From Eledone cirrhosa (lineage: Eukaryota): a stretch of DNA of 64,000 bases. The position numbers and the translations under genes are program-made. Positions 53,220 through 64,000 of the stretch are shown here, one piece after another; position 1 is the stretch's first letter; every line of letters begins with the position of its first letter. The stretch lies in NCBI GenBank assembly GCA_964016885.1, contig OZ024742.1:264430001-264494000 (forward strand), read 5' to 3'. Under the pieces are notes generated by a model. The model saw nothing but the letters and a program-made list of their open reading frames with translations. It did not search any database and was not told where the DNA came from.

Positions 53220-54270
53220 TTTCAACAAGCCGTTAGTTGTGTATGTGGGGGTTGGGGGTGCGCTCGTTGAGGGGTCCTAGAAGTGGGGTATGTCACGGAG
53301 GGATTAGGATGTCTAGTGAGATGGTGTCTTGCAGAGTGGGCTTCCAGTTGGATAAAAATTAGGTCTTTGGATTCAAGCATGATCTGAAGATTTCTGTGTT
53401 TGCGTTTAGGTATATATCCAGCGAGTATATACCCTGTAAGATTCTGAATTTCCGACTTACGCAGAGCGAGCAACTGTTGCTTCCGTTTTTATATGGCGTT
53501 GACTTTTTAAGCACTTTCCATGGGATATCATGGGATATTCGCGTTTCCTTTAGCTGCCAGACCCATTTTGCCAGTGCTGTGGTAGTTTTCATGTCGGGAT
53601 GTCTAAATGAGGAAAAGTGCAAGTTGCATCTTTATTTATAACGGTCCTGGACCATACCTACTTATTTTTCGCGGGTCTCTGATTTGTTGGCATTTGTGTA
53701 TTTGATCTCTGCTTCGTATATTATGGATTTAACATTATAGTTTTGCTGTAATTGACAGTCATTTTTCTTCTTGCAACAGCATCCTGGATTTTCACGTGGT
53801 TTGTTCTTTTGCGGTTATTTCGATTTCATGGATGGGGCACAAGAATGAGAAACTCTCACTGAATGTCAATTGAAGATCTTACTGTATCTATGTTGAAGTG
53901 TAAAGTGCTTATTCCATAAAGTCTAAGAATTTCTTACCAATATTAGTTTTTACATTTAGTAAGAAGGGAGGCGCAAAAGATTCTTTTTCTTTTTCTATTG
54001 TTATTTCTAGGTGAGTGTCTATTAGTTATGTATTCGATCTGTTCCTTAAATCTCGGAAGACCTTGTTATAGTATGATGCTGCCTTTTTAAATATCTCTCT
54101 GCTGGATAATAAGTTCGAGATTCTACGGCTATTGTTGGGTGCTAGATGTTTGAAAAGCGTAGGCGGGTGGCATGATCCTCTGTTGATGTATTTCAGCTTC
54201 TCGTTCGGTTTATGATAGGGTTTATATGTGCCTGTTTGCAGGGATAGATAATGTTTGGAATTCATATCAT
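53220..54270 (-). pseudogene. Hydra-type PLE RT-thumb/GIY-YIG remnant
   Basis: YKPYHKPNEKLKYINRGSCHPP; CCCKKKNDC; TALAKWVWQLK..WKVLKK..YKNGSNSCSLC. Confidence 0.85.
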
Positions 54271-54435
54271 TGTAGTTTTGTATTTTATATTCTTATAGTA
54301 TATATGTAGGTTGAAATACCATTGGAAACTGCAGCGATCATAGTGTCTGGTTTGTGAGGGGAATTAGTTAAGGGGGTAATCGATAGAAATGTTCACCATA
54401 TCTATGGTATATGTATACACTCCTAGCAATTATAA

Positions 54436-55123
54436 CAGGGGTCCGCAACTTTTTGGGGTATGTGGGCCACATTGCTATGCAGTGTCTCGTCGGTGGGCCA
54501 TGATATCAAATAAGTAATTAGAACATATGTAAAAACGTATACAGCAATATGATAAAATACTATGATTTTTAAATAAACTGTGACAAAACCACAATACCTG
54601 GCGGTGTATGTAGATCGGGTTTGCCATTTGTTCGATACTTCTAATAATACTGAACAATACTTCTAATAATACTGGAACACTTTTAACATAGAAAAATAAA
54701 ACATTGATTATCATCTTATACAGTCACTAACAGATGTTTTACAACCAGACAGCTAACTCAAATGGAAATTTTGAGGATAAAATGAAATAACTGTATGCCA
54801 GACACTGACTATTTTTAGGTAAGTCTGGGTCATTCCACATCCCTGCCATACACATACTATGCATGCACGTATATAGACGCACACAGTCCCCTTGACCGCC
54901 ATGTCTGACTATTCTATCTGTCTGAGTTTGTTAGTTACTGTCACGCAAATATGACGTTCAGCTAAGTGAGTCTTGTGGCTAGACATGTTCACTAGTCCGT
55001 ATTCTAATCCAAAATAATTCAGAGCACTTTTTCAGGGAACGCTTAGCCTAAGATTGAAACATGTTGGCGGGTCGGACAAAAATCCTTCGCGGGACTGATG
55101 TGGCCGGAGTTTGCCGACCCATG
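54436..55123. mobile_element. hAT (Charlie-like) non-autonomous transposon
   Basis: TIRs CAGGGGTCCGCAAC / GTTTGCCGACCCATG; 8-bp TSD AATTATAA / GATTATGA (6 of 8 match). Confidence 0.7.
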
Positions 55124-56352
55124 GATTATGATATATTTATTTAATACTCGTTATATCTGATGATCTAAATTTGGCACACTTATCAGTAGTTTAAGTTAAC
55201 AGTTGTTTAATCTCGGGATGGGGATGGGTAGTTGTAGCACCTGTCTATCACAAAAATATGAATTGAACAAAGAATTTCTCTTGGAGTTTAGAAAAATATT
55301 TTCTTTAACCGCCTCAATGCACCACATTTAGAACTTTCTCAGCCATCTTTCTCACCCAGTTTATTTCAATTCCATCTTTTGTAAATCTTCTAAGAAGAAA
55401 TCGGCTGTGTTCGGAACTAAACAGGGATAGGCTTTGCCAGGTTTTAAATGTTAAAGGCATAGCGTGTGTCAGTACAGCGCCCTACGATTCTATCTAGAAT
55501 TAAAGCTCCTTTACTTTAAATGAAAGAAATACAATGATAGAGCAGTAAAATATAAAATTTAAAATTTAAACATTAAAACGTAATAAAACCATAAAGTCAT
55601 GGATCATTTAGAGAGTAAAAACATTCGTAATTATCAGAAAACAAGCTAGGCACGTATGTTTATATTTTTTTCTAATTAAATGATTCTAAAATACGTCAAT
55701 TCATCATAAGCAGATAGCTATTATAGTGCATGATCTGGTAATGTTTAGTAAACGTACTGCTTCTCCACACACGTATCTCAACGTGCATACGTGCATGCAC
55801 ACATGTACGCACATAAATGTACATGCAGGGACACGTACATAATATATACATAGACACGGCGAAGGTGATTATTATTTCTAATTATATAGTTTTATGGTTT
55901 TTTTGTTCTTTCAAACTTAACATATCTGGTTGTTATCTGTACTCATAGCTTCTGTTACAGATGTTTGTTCCAGTAAAGATATGTTGAGAAAAAAACATTA
56001 TAGTTGAACATTGAACGAACATATGGAACGATACTAAGAAATAAAGTATTTATATTTGGTTGCCGTTATCATGTCTCTAATCATATACATCATGCATTGA
56101 GCTCTCTTTGAATACTGGTTTACTTCTTGTATCTATCTATCTATCTATCTTGATAGAGTAAGACACGCTTCGCATCGGCTCCGCTATTCCATCGGGATTT
56201 ACCCTTACTATTGTAAGTACCGGATAAATTTTTTAGTGCAACACATTTGGAACACTAACCCCTGTTATTTAGGGAAACATTTTTGCATTTACCCCCTTTT
56301 TAGGGGGTAAAATAAATATCTATTTTTGCCGAAAAATTTCTTTCTTGGCAGC

Positions 56353-58188
56353 ATGGCGGAAAAGATGGCAGACATGTCTGCCATTAGCTCTGCCACGCCC
56401 CCCAAGTCTGAAGAACAAAAAATAATTACAACAAAATTAGACATTGAAACAAACAAACAAAATGAAAAAACAAATGTTAAGGAAAATGAGCAAACAGAAA
56501 ACAAACAAACAGAAAATAATACAAATAACGACAGGGCAACTTTCGCCCAGAAAACAAAGCAATCCATTACATACACACCAATTGACCTAACTGCCGCCAG
56601 AGAAAAACTGGCCGAAGCAAAGAAACATATTGTTTTGGGGGAGAACGGAATGTTTTCCATTAACTCCCCCCCAGAATTCAAGAAAGCCAGAGCAGAAAAC
56701 ACAGTTATATACAGAACTATACTAAACCAGTCAAGAAAGCCAGCACAGCCCAGCCAAATGGAAATAGAGTTAGTCCTAAAAGACTATATGAAGAATATTC
56801 TCTTCATACGAAAGGACCGACTCTATGGCAGCATTTCGGTCCTAACAAGAGACAAAGAAACGGCGGTTCAGCTTTCCCTAAGCCCACTCTCGTCGACAAC
56901 ATATAGCTTCTATCCCTCCTACATGGGTAGAAGAACACAGAGAATAAAAGTAAAAACAATGCTGCCCACAATGGACTTCTGGTGGGCTATTGCTGGCTTC
57001 ATTGATATGGGCGAAGACACTATGCTGTCAATGGGGAAGGCAACTGGAGATGCGTTCCTGGGAATGGGCCTCGACATACTAGTCCAAATGAGGCCCGAAA
57101 GAATAGCACAAATCCCGGATCGCATCTGGCTGGATGACCTTACCCCAATAGACATAATTGTAGAGGGGAGAAGACCAGCATGCTATTTATGCATGGAAAG
57201 GGGACACGTTAAGGCTAACTGCCCGAAACGTATCCCCCAAAAAGGACTATTGCCCACACCCACCACAAACAGTACACCAGCACCACCCACCTCCAAAAAT
57301 ACACTAATACCACACACAGCAAACAAAATACAGACACCACCAACCACAAACACAACACAAACATCACCACCACCAGCACCAAACACAAGCACGACACAAA
57401 AATCACCACCACCAACCACAACACAAACATCACCACCACCATTACCAACCACAAGCACGACACAAACATTACCACCACCACCACCACAAAACCCATTCCA
57501 AACAAATAATAAAAAAAACAGTAACAAATCTACCCCTCCCGCAAAAAAAAAACAACCACACAACACGTCCCTCCCACCTAGCGCTGAAGAGTTTCCCCCA
57601 ACTTCTGAAGAAGAAGGAGGAGAAGCCTTCAGACAAGTTAAAAGAAAAAAAAGAAAACACACACCCAGCACACCACAAATAACCCACACACAAACACCAA
57701 CTCCAATCAAAAACACCCCACCCTCAACAAACAAAAATAAATCTGCGCCTCCCCTCTCCGAAACATTGACAGCATCACAAAAAAAGACGTTGCAATACAC
57801 ATATATAAATAAAGAAAACAAAAAACTGGTTAAATTAATAAACAATAACCCTATGGTGCAGACCGAAGGGCCAAACTTTATCTCAACAGAGAACTTCACC
57901 CATTTAAAAATGATAAAGGTCCCTCTGGACCTTTATCGTTCCTTAAAAGAACAATTTAGACGGGACGTGAGCCCCCCCTGTTTAAAACCGTTGAATCGCG
58001 TCCTCTTGAAAGATTTCCCCATAACCGCCCCTCTCCCTGACACAACTCCAAATACCCCAACCCCACCACACACGTGTACCCCCACACCACCACAAAACAT
58101 CCCTCCACCCAACACACCTGATGCCATGGAAATTACGCAACCCGGAGAGGTAAGTGCTTTTCTTTCTTCACTTTCAACACCAAAATAG
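56353..58188 (+). CDS. LINE ORF1 protein (gag-like, CCHC zinc knuckle, Pro/Thr-rich repeats)
   Basis: ATG in agcATGG context; CYLCMERGHVKANC (CX2CX4HX4C); TTQTSPPP repeats; KRKKRK basic patch. Confidence 0.85.
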   Translation: MAEKMADMSAISSATPPKSEEQKIITTKLDIETNKQNEKTNVKENEQTENKQTENNTNNDRATFAQKTKQSITYTPIDLTAAREKLAEAKKHIVLGENGMFSINSPPEFKKARAENTVIYRTILNQSRKPAQPSQMEIELVLKDYMKNILFIRKDRLYGSISVLTRDKETAVQLSLSPLSSTTYSFYPSYMGRRTQRIKVKTMLPTMDFWWAIAGFIDMGEDTMLSMGKATGDAFLGMGLDILVQMRPERIAQIPDRIWLDDLTPIDIIVEGRRPACYLCMERGHVKANCPKRIPQKGLLPTPTTNSTPAPPTSKNTLIPHTANKIQTPPTTNTTQTSPPPAPNTSTTQKSPPPTTTQTSPPPLPTTSTTQTLPPPPPQNPFQTNNKKNSNKSTPPAKKKQPHNTSLPPSAEEFPPTSEEEGGEAFRQVKRKKRKHTPSTPQITHTQTPTPIKNTPPSTNKNKSAPPLSETLTASQKKTLQYTYINKENKKLVKLINNNPMVQTEGPNFISTENFTHLKMIKVPLDLYRSLKEQFRRDVSPPCLKPLNRVLLKDFPITAPLPDTTPNTPTPPHTCTPTPPQNIPPPNTPDAMEITQPGEVSAFLSSLSTPK

Positions 58189-58193
58189 ATCAA

Positions 58194-61100
58194 TTGAGAG
58201 TTGGCTGTTTGAACGCGCGTGGCCTGAGCTCAGCTTGGAAGCAAGCAAAGCTTCTAAGTGACCTCAGGTCACAAAGTATAGATGTGATGGTTGTTTGCGA
58301 GAGTCGGATCAGCAGCGTGAGACAGCTGGCGCCCGCCTTCGATGACTTTGAGATGCACGCATCTCTCTGTCAACCCGGAGGCGGGGGGGGAGTTGCCGTA
58401 CTGCTGGATAAACGTCTGACTCTCGACGTACAGATTGTTCACTCGGACCCGGGGGGTCGATTACTGGTGCTGGACGTCGGAGGTGGTGAAGGCGGGGCTT
58501 TCAGACTGGTCGGTCTTTATGCTCCCTTCGGGGCGGAGAGAGCCGACTTCTTCCAACGTCTGGAGACTTTTCTAGGAACGTCGCGTTCCCTGCTTTTAGT
58601 GGGGGACTGGAATGGAATCCTAGATGCGCGTTGGGACTATGCAGGGGCATGTCCCGATAGAGGGGGGTGTAGCAGCCTCAAGGGGTTACTCGATCGATTC
58701 GACCTGGTCGATAGATTTCGACTAGATTGTCCAACTGCGCCAACCTGGACCTGGGCAAACCGCAGTGGACAATCTAGATCGTACCTAGATAGGTTTTTGG
58801 TTAGGAGTAAGGATAGGGACGTATTTAGTTGTCCAGAACTGATCATGGTTGGCTATTCAGATCACAAATTAGTGACCTGCGTGGTCAACCTTGATAGAAC
58901 GCATAGACAGGGTCCCGGTTACTGGAAGATGAACTTGTCCTTACCGACAAAGAAAGATTACAGAAACCGGATTAGTAGCTTAGTTAAGATGCGGTTGACG
59001 GGAGCGATCGTCAACAGTAGGTGGTGGATATCTCTAAAGAGAGAGATTAGAGTAAGTTCGATAGGTTACAGTAAGGAACTAGCGGCGAATAGAAATAGGA
59101 GGGAAAGGGAGTTAACAGATAAACTAGAAGAGGCGATTAGGAGCGGAGACGTAGCCAGAGTGTTAGCGACGAGAACGGCATTGAGCCAGTTCTTTGACGC
59201 GAAGCACGAAGGCTGCGTTGTCCGAAGTAAAATACGTGCTTTAGGAAACGAGGGGACCAAAGCTGTTAGCTGGGCCCGCGTGACAGAAGCCAAGAGTGGG
59301 ATTAAATCCACCATTCGGTCTTTGCGAGACCAGGATGGACGGGTGATCCTTGAACCTGAGCGAATGTGCGAGACCTTTCAAAGGCACTTTGCTCGACTGT
59401 TCGGAGGTGGCGGGGGGCCGGACGGGGATGTGGACTTCGGTCCATACCTCGACGGTCTACCGCGTCTTTCGAGCGGCGAAGCGGAGTGCTGCGAAGGGCC
59501 AATCACAGCCACTGAAATCGGGGAAGCGCTCAGCCAATGCAGCAGACGCAAATCCCCGGGTCTCGATGGTCTACCATACGAACTTTATTTAGCTATGCCG
59601 GTCTTGTTCTCCGAACTCCTCGAGGCTGTCTATTGCAACTGGCAACAGAACGGGAGAATTCCCTGTTCTGTGACCAAGGGCGTGGTCACGCTAGTGAGGA
59701 AGGACGAGAGCAAGGGGGACGACTTAAGTAACTTTAGGCCCATAACTCTGCTGAATGCAGAGTTACAGATTTTGGCCAAGGTGTTGGCGAAGAGGTTGGC
59801 GCTTGTGGTGGGTGGTTTGGTGGGAGACGCGCAGACATGCGCTATCCCGTCCAGGTCCATTCACGACAACCTCCACCTCATGCGATACATCATAGAGAGG
59901 GTTGGCTACGAACCCGGCTTTGGTGGGGCCCTGATCAACTTGGATCAATCTAAGGCGTTCGATAGGGTCGACCATGGTTACCTGGATGCGGTGCTAGCGG
60001 CGGCGGGCTTCGGACCCGTTTTCAGGGGCTGGATTTCTGCCATGCACAGTGGCAACATCTACTCTAGGATTAAAGTAAACGGCTACCTCTCGGAGCCGTT
60101 TCAAATCACCCGATCCATCAGACAGGGGTGCCCCCTCTCCTCCCTTCTGTACGTATTGACTCTCGAGCCACTGCTGCGGAAGTTGGAGTTGCTGCGGGGC
60201 ATACCCCTGGAACCGGGATTGCACAAAGCGGTCTCGGCCTATGCCGACGACGTAACAGTAATGGTGGCGGACGCCTCGGAAATCGGGGCGATCGCCACCC
60301 TACTGGAGGAATACGAAAGGCTGACGGGGGCTAAGCTGAACCAGGACAAGTCAGTCGGTTTGCAACTCGGAACGTGGAGGGGCAAACCGATGCCGTTAGA
60401 CGGTGTCGTCGGGCGGTGGACGGAGGGCCCGGTGAAGCTGCTCGGGGTCTGGTTCGGACCGGACCTCCAGGTGGAGAAGAATTGGGGCGAGGTGACGAGC
60501 AGGGTGTTTGCGCTGACCCAGAAGTGGGCCAAGTGCAAACTATCACTGAAAGGTCGGGCGGAGGTGACGAACGCTTACATAGCGTCCGTCATCTACTACC
60601 GCCTGACCGTCGTGCCTTGCCCCAAGGAAAAGCTCACCATCATGGAACGCATGCTCTTCCAGTTCCTCTGGAAGAAGCGGCCTCCCATGGTGAGGAGATC
60701 CATCTGCTGCCAGCACCCTTCGAAAGGAGGGCTGGGTATGCCGTGGCTGTTGATGCGTAGGCACGCATTGAGGCTACGGCATCTACAGGTATTCCTCAAC
60801 GGTCAGCCGGTGTGGGCCCCGTTTGTGAGGCGAGCCTTCCCACAGCTCGTCTCGCTCACCGAACTGCAATCCTGGGTGAAGCAAAGACCGAGAAAACTGG
60901 GCAACTGGCACACTGAGTGTGCCCAGGCGCTCACGGCTATCTGGCAAGCGGACCCGACTGTCAGTGGAGAATCCACCTCGACATTCTATAGAGGGTTGGT
61001 GGCTAGCAGGGGCGACGACACCCTTGGAGAGTCGCTAGGCATGGAGGAGGACGAACTGGCCAGCCTGTTCGGTAGAACTTTCGGCCCGGGACCCATGGAC

Positions 61101-61622
61101 AACTTCCAGAGGTCCCTAGCCTGGCAGTGTTACCGGGGGGCTCTGCCCGTTCGAGAAAAGCTCTACAGACACGGGCGCCCGGGCAGGGATCCCGCGAAAA
61201 AGATCTGTCCCAGATGCGTGCGCGACGAGGAAACCGTTGCGCATGCACTGGTACACTGCCCGGGCGTTGCCGATCTGTGGGGCTACGTCGAACGACTGCT
61301 GTCGCGTGTGGCGCCGATTCGATTAACCGCCGAGTCTGTGGTGAACATCAAGCCGCCTCCTCCCTTCAGAAATGAAGCAGAGGCGGTCTTTCTGTGCGTA
61401 ATAGCCATGATGAAAGAGGTTGTGTGGTGGACGCGCCTGAAAGGTCTGAGGTCGGGTGACTTTCTCTCCGGCCATCACCTGGTTTACTTCTTCCGATACC
61501 ACTTCGGAAGAAGAATCAGGATGGAGAGAGAAGTGCTTGGTCCCAGACAGTTTTATGAAAGGTGGGTGAAAGAAGCGAGAATGGCCCGTGTAAATGGGCC
61601 TTCTCTCTACATTGTTCTGTAG
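58194..61622 (+). CDS. LINE ORF2 protein: APE endonuclease + reverse transcriptase + C-terminal CCHC
   Basis: LNARGL, GDWN, SYLDRF, SDH (APE); KSPGLDGL, FRPITLLN, LDQSKAFDRVDH, QGCPLS, YADD (RT); CPRC..H..C; 1142 codons, begins at TTG. Confidence 0.95.
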   Translation: MRVGCLNARGLSSAWKQAKLLSDLRSQSIDVMVVCESRISSVRQLAPAFDDFEMHASLCQPGGGGGVAVLLDKRLTLDVQIVHSDPGGRLLVLDVGGGEGGAFRLVGLYAPFGAERADFFQRLETFLGTSRSLLLVGDWNGILDARWDYAGACPDRGGCSSLKGLLDRFDLVDRFRLDCPTAPTWTWANRSGQSRSYLDRFLVRSKDRDVFSCPELIMVGYSDHKLVTCVVNLDRTHRQGPGYWKMNLSLPTKKDYRNRISSLVKMRLTGAIVNSRWWISLKREIRVSSIGYSKELAANRNRRERELTDKLEEAIRSGDVARVLATRTALSQFFDAKHEGCVVRSKIRALGNEGTKAVSWARVTEAKSGIKSTIRSLRDQDGRVILEPERMCETFQRHFARLFGGGGGPDGDVDFGPYLDGLPRLSSGEAECCEGPITATEIGEALSQCSRRKSPGLDGLPYELYLAMPVLFSELLEAVYCNWQQNGRIPCSVTKGVVTLVRKDESKGDDLSNFRPITLLNAELQILAKVLAKRLALVVGGLVGDAQTCAIPSRSIHDNLHLMRYIIERVGYEPGFGGALINLDQSKAFDRVDHGYLDAVLAAAGFGPVFRGWISAMHSGNIYSRIKVNGYLSEPFQITRSIRQGCPLSSLLYVLTLEPLLRKLELLRGIPLEPGLHKAVSAYADDVTVMVADASEIGAIATLLEEYERLTGAKLNQDKSVGLQLGTWRGKPMPLDGVVGRWTEGPVKLLGVWFGPDLQVEKNWGEVTSRVFALTQKWAKCKLSLKGRAEVTNAYIASVIYYRLTVVPCPKEKLTIMERMLFQFLWKKRPPMVRRSICCQHPSKGGLGMPWLLMRRHALRLRHLQVFLNGQPVWAPFVRRAFPQLVSLTELQSWVKQRPRKLGNWHTECAQALTAIWQADPTVSGESTSTFYRGLVASRGDDTLGESLGMEEDELASLFGRTFGPGPMDNFQRSLAWQCYRGALPVREKLYRHGRPGRDPAKKICPRCVRDEETVAHALVHCPGVADLWGYVERLLSRVAPIRLTAESVVNIKPPPPFRNEAEAVFLCVIAMMKEVVWWTRLKGLRSGDFLSGHHLVYFFRYHFGRRIRMEREVLGPRQFYERWVKEARMARVNGPSLYIVL

Positions 61623-61853
61623 GTGAAGAAGTGAAGAGGAAAGGGGGAGCGCCTCCTCTCTGGGCTTCCCCCGCGAAAAGAGTTGCACACTTTTCGGGGG
61701 TATGTGCAATCCCCAACACGCCCCCTCCCTTTTGAGGACTTTTTATTGTTATATTATTATTGTTATTCCTTTTTTCTTTACTCGATTTATGTAAACCCCC
61801 CCACTGTGTAAATGTCCCCTTCTTTTGTGCCCTCGTGGCAAATAAATAGAAAT

Positions 61854-62012
<159 letters not shown>

Positions 62013-62689
62013 GAAGTTTCCGTTGAAAATTGAAAAAGTCATAGGAGTGAAGAGTGTTCTATGTAAGTTACAGAGCTAAATTTAATGTATAATAAACAAT
62101 ACAATATAAATACCTCATTACCAGAGGTTTCCCGAATAAGACGAATACAAGAAACGTCCTCATTCGTTCGTCAGACAAGGCAATTTAAAACAGTGAAATA
62201 TTTAAAAAATCTCCTCAAGAAAGGCAAAAGTTTAACGGGCAAAAAAAATATATAAATAAAAGTAATGCAAGTGATATATAAACATAAAATAAGGAAATAT
62301 AGTAAGGGTATGTGTATAAATGTGTGTATATGCACCTACAAATGTACATATGTGTGTATGTACAAATGCATGTGTATAGTGAAAAAATGTGTGCGTAAGT
62401 ACATACATGAAGGCAAGCAAATCAGTGTATGTGTGACCACAAATACGTATATAATATATGTTGAAAAAAGAAATTGTAAGATAATAGAGTTAACGTACAT
62501 ACAGACTCAGGGACTAAGGATTGAAATATATACACATACAAGTATGAAAGCACGCGTATAAACACACACACACGCGCAACCACATACATGCAAGTGATAT
62601 ATACAGGGAAGGGAGTGTATCAGTAAAAGCAGTGTCAGGCTGAAGGTCGACACATATATAAAAAATATATCTATATTCCCTGTATATAT

Positions 62690-63050
62690 TGGTATTCGTG
62701 CTAACACTTACCTATGGTCATGAATCTTGGGTAATGACCGAAAGAATTCGATCACGAATACAAACGACCAAAATGGGGTTCCTCAAAAGGGACTTTGAAG
62801 TAACGTTACTCGATAGAGTGCGTAGCTTGGAGGGCAAAAAGTCACTCTAGGTAGAGCCGCTACTTTTCTAAATTGACAGATTACAGCTCCGAGATGGTTG
62901 GATAACATCTATGAGCTCGGCTGGTCTCGCTTGGGGATCCAGTGGGATCATTTGGAGACATGTTTCTGACAGGACCCGCTGGAAGGCGTACTTTAGGACT
63001 CTGCCTCTACGACCCACCCATGGATAAATGGGCAAAGAAGAAGAAGAAAA
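62690..63050 (+). pseudogene. RTE-clade (Expander/Rex3-like) LINE 3' remnant
   Basis: LTYGHESWVMTERIRSRIQ..MGFL..DRVRS..VEPLL..; (GAA)n tail. Confidence 0.8.
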
Positions 63051-63832
63051 GAAATTGCCTGTTAATCTGTTTGTTTAGGGCATGAAAACACATCAATATA
63101 TCTATGCTTCCACGACATTGCTAAACTGTAAACTATATTGGCAATGATTGTGATTATTTTAGCTAAATGGTTTCTTTTTATTAAAACACAACAGTAAGCG
63201 AAGTTACAAAATGTTTTTCACGAAAAGCAACTTGCAACTTATGTACGGGTCAAAAGCTGAATCTTTTTAAATAGTATAAACACAATGGAAGTGCCACTTA
63301 TCTACCTCTGTGGTATATATGTGAGTGTATGCAGCACTCTATGGAAATATTGGAACATTTTATGAATCTCATTATTATCTATTTCTTCGAGACCTATAAG
63401 TCATCAAATCTGAACACTCACTAACAGAACACTTGCTTAAAGTTGTCAAGTTATCGAATCTATGTATTCCACTTGTATGTGAAATAAATAGATATTTTTC
63501 CTTATCCTTGTTATGTATACTATTTATATTTAACGTATAATCTAGTAGCCAGAGTAATATACAGGCTTTGAAGTTTCAGAAGGCCCTGCGCAAAATAATT
63601 TCTTACTGTAGTAATATATTGTGCTCAACTTTCATGACTGATTAATTGATCTAATACATTTTAAAATAAATTTGAAGCAATTCCAATTCACTGGTCAATC
63701 GCTTATAAAGGGCAAAAGTTCATTTTTGACGGAAAACGATATGAACTTATAAAAACATTTGATTTCGTGGTTTATCTATTTAATACAATATTTATATTAG
63801 TGTCATTTGTGTCGGCGTGAGTATACTGTTTG

Positions 63833-63944
<112 letters not shown>

Positions 63945-64000
63945 ACAAGTAATATATTATATTGTATTATGTAATACATTATTGGTCACTGGGTAGTGTA

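Noticed and set aside
58150-58188. Perfect AG|GTAAGT donor, pyrimidine tract and TAG, as a possible 39-nt intron fusing ORF1 to ORF2
   Set aside because: Splicing would keep the ORF1 frame and hit TGA two codons later, so it does not join ORF2; it is also very short.

Overview
AT-rich, microsatellite-dense eukaryotic DNA. The repeat content (Nin-domain tRNA-SINEs, Hydra- and Neptune-type Penelope-like elements, RTE and Tx1 LINEs, Helitrons) suggests a mollusc, probably a cephalopod such as Octopus; this is an inference. I could not support any host gene: the window is almost entirely transposon-derived. The only intact coding unit is a full-length Tx1/L1-clade LINE (56151-61854; ORF1 with CCHC knuckle, 1142-aa APE-RT ORF2 with no AUG) inserted into a (TATC)n tract. 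The dominant theme is a Penelope-like element (PLE) and hammerhead-ribozyme (HHR) system. At least 6 Hydra-type and 3-4 Neptune/Poseidon-type PLE remnants sit beside many non-coding mini-derivatives of 95-2200 bp, nearly all in (TA)n tracts. They share a fold-back architecture: the 3' end is copied in inverted orientation at the 5' end, and only one arm carries an extra 80-140 nt tail. About 20 type-I HHR or HHR-like motifs can be folded by eye. These include an unusual CAGAAGA (U4A) core found in 4 copies and a U3-A8 core with a long branched stem II. A quasi-palindromic RAG(T/C/G)RCTCRA motif recurs in the tails of otherwise dissimilar families, and several inversion breakpoints map inside HHR stem II. 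All folds, identities and family assignments were made by manual inspection, not by database search, and boundaries are approximate.
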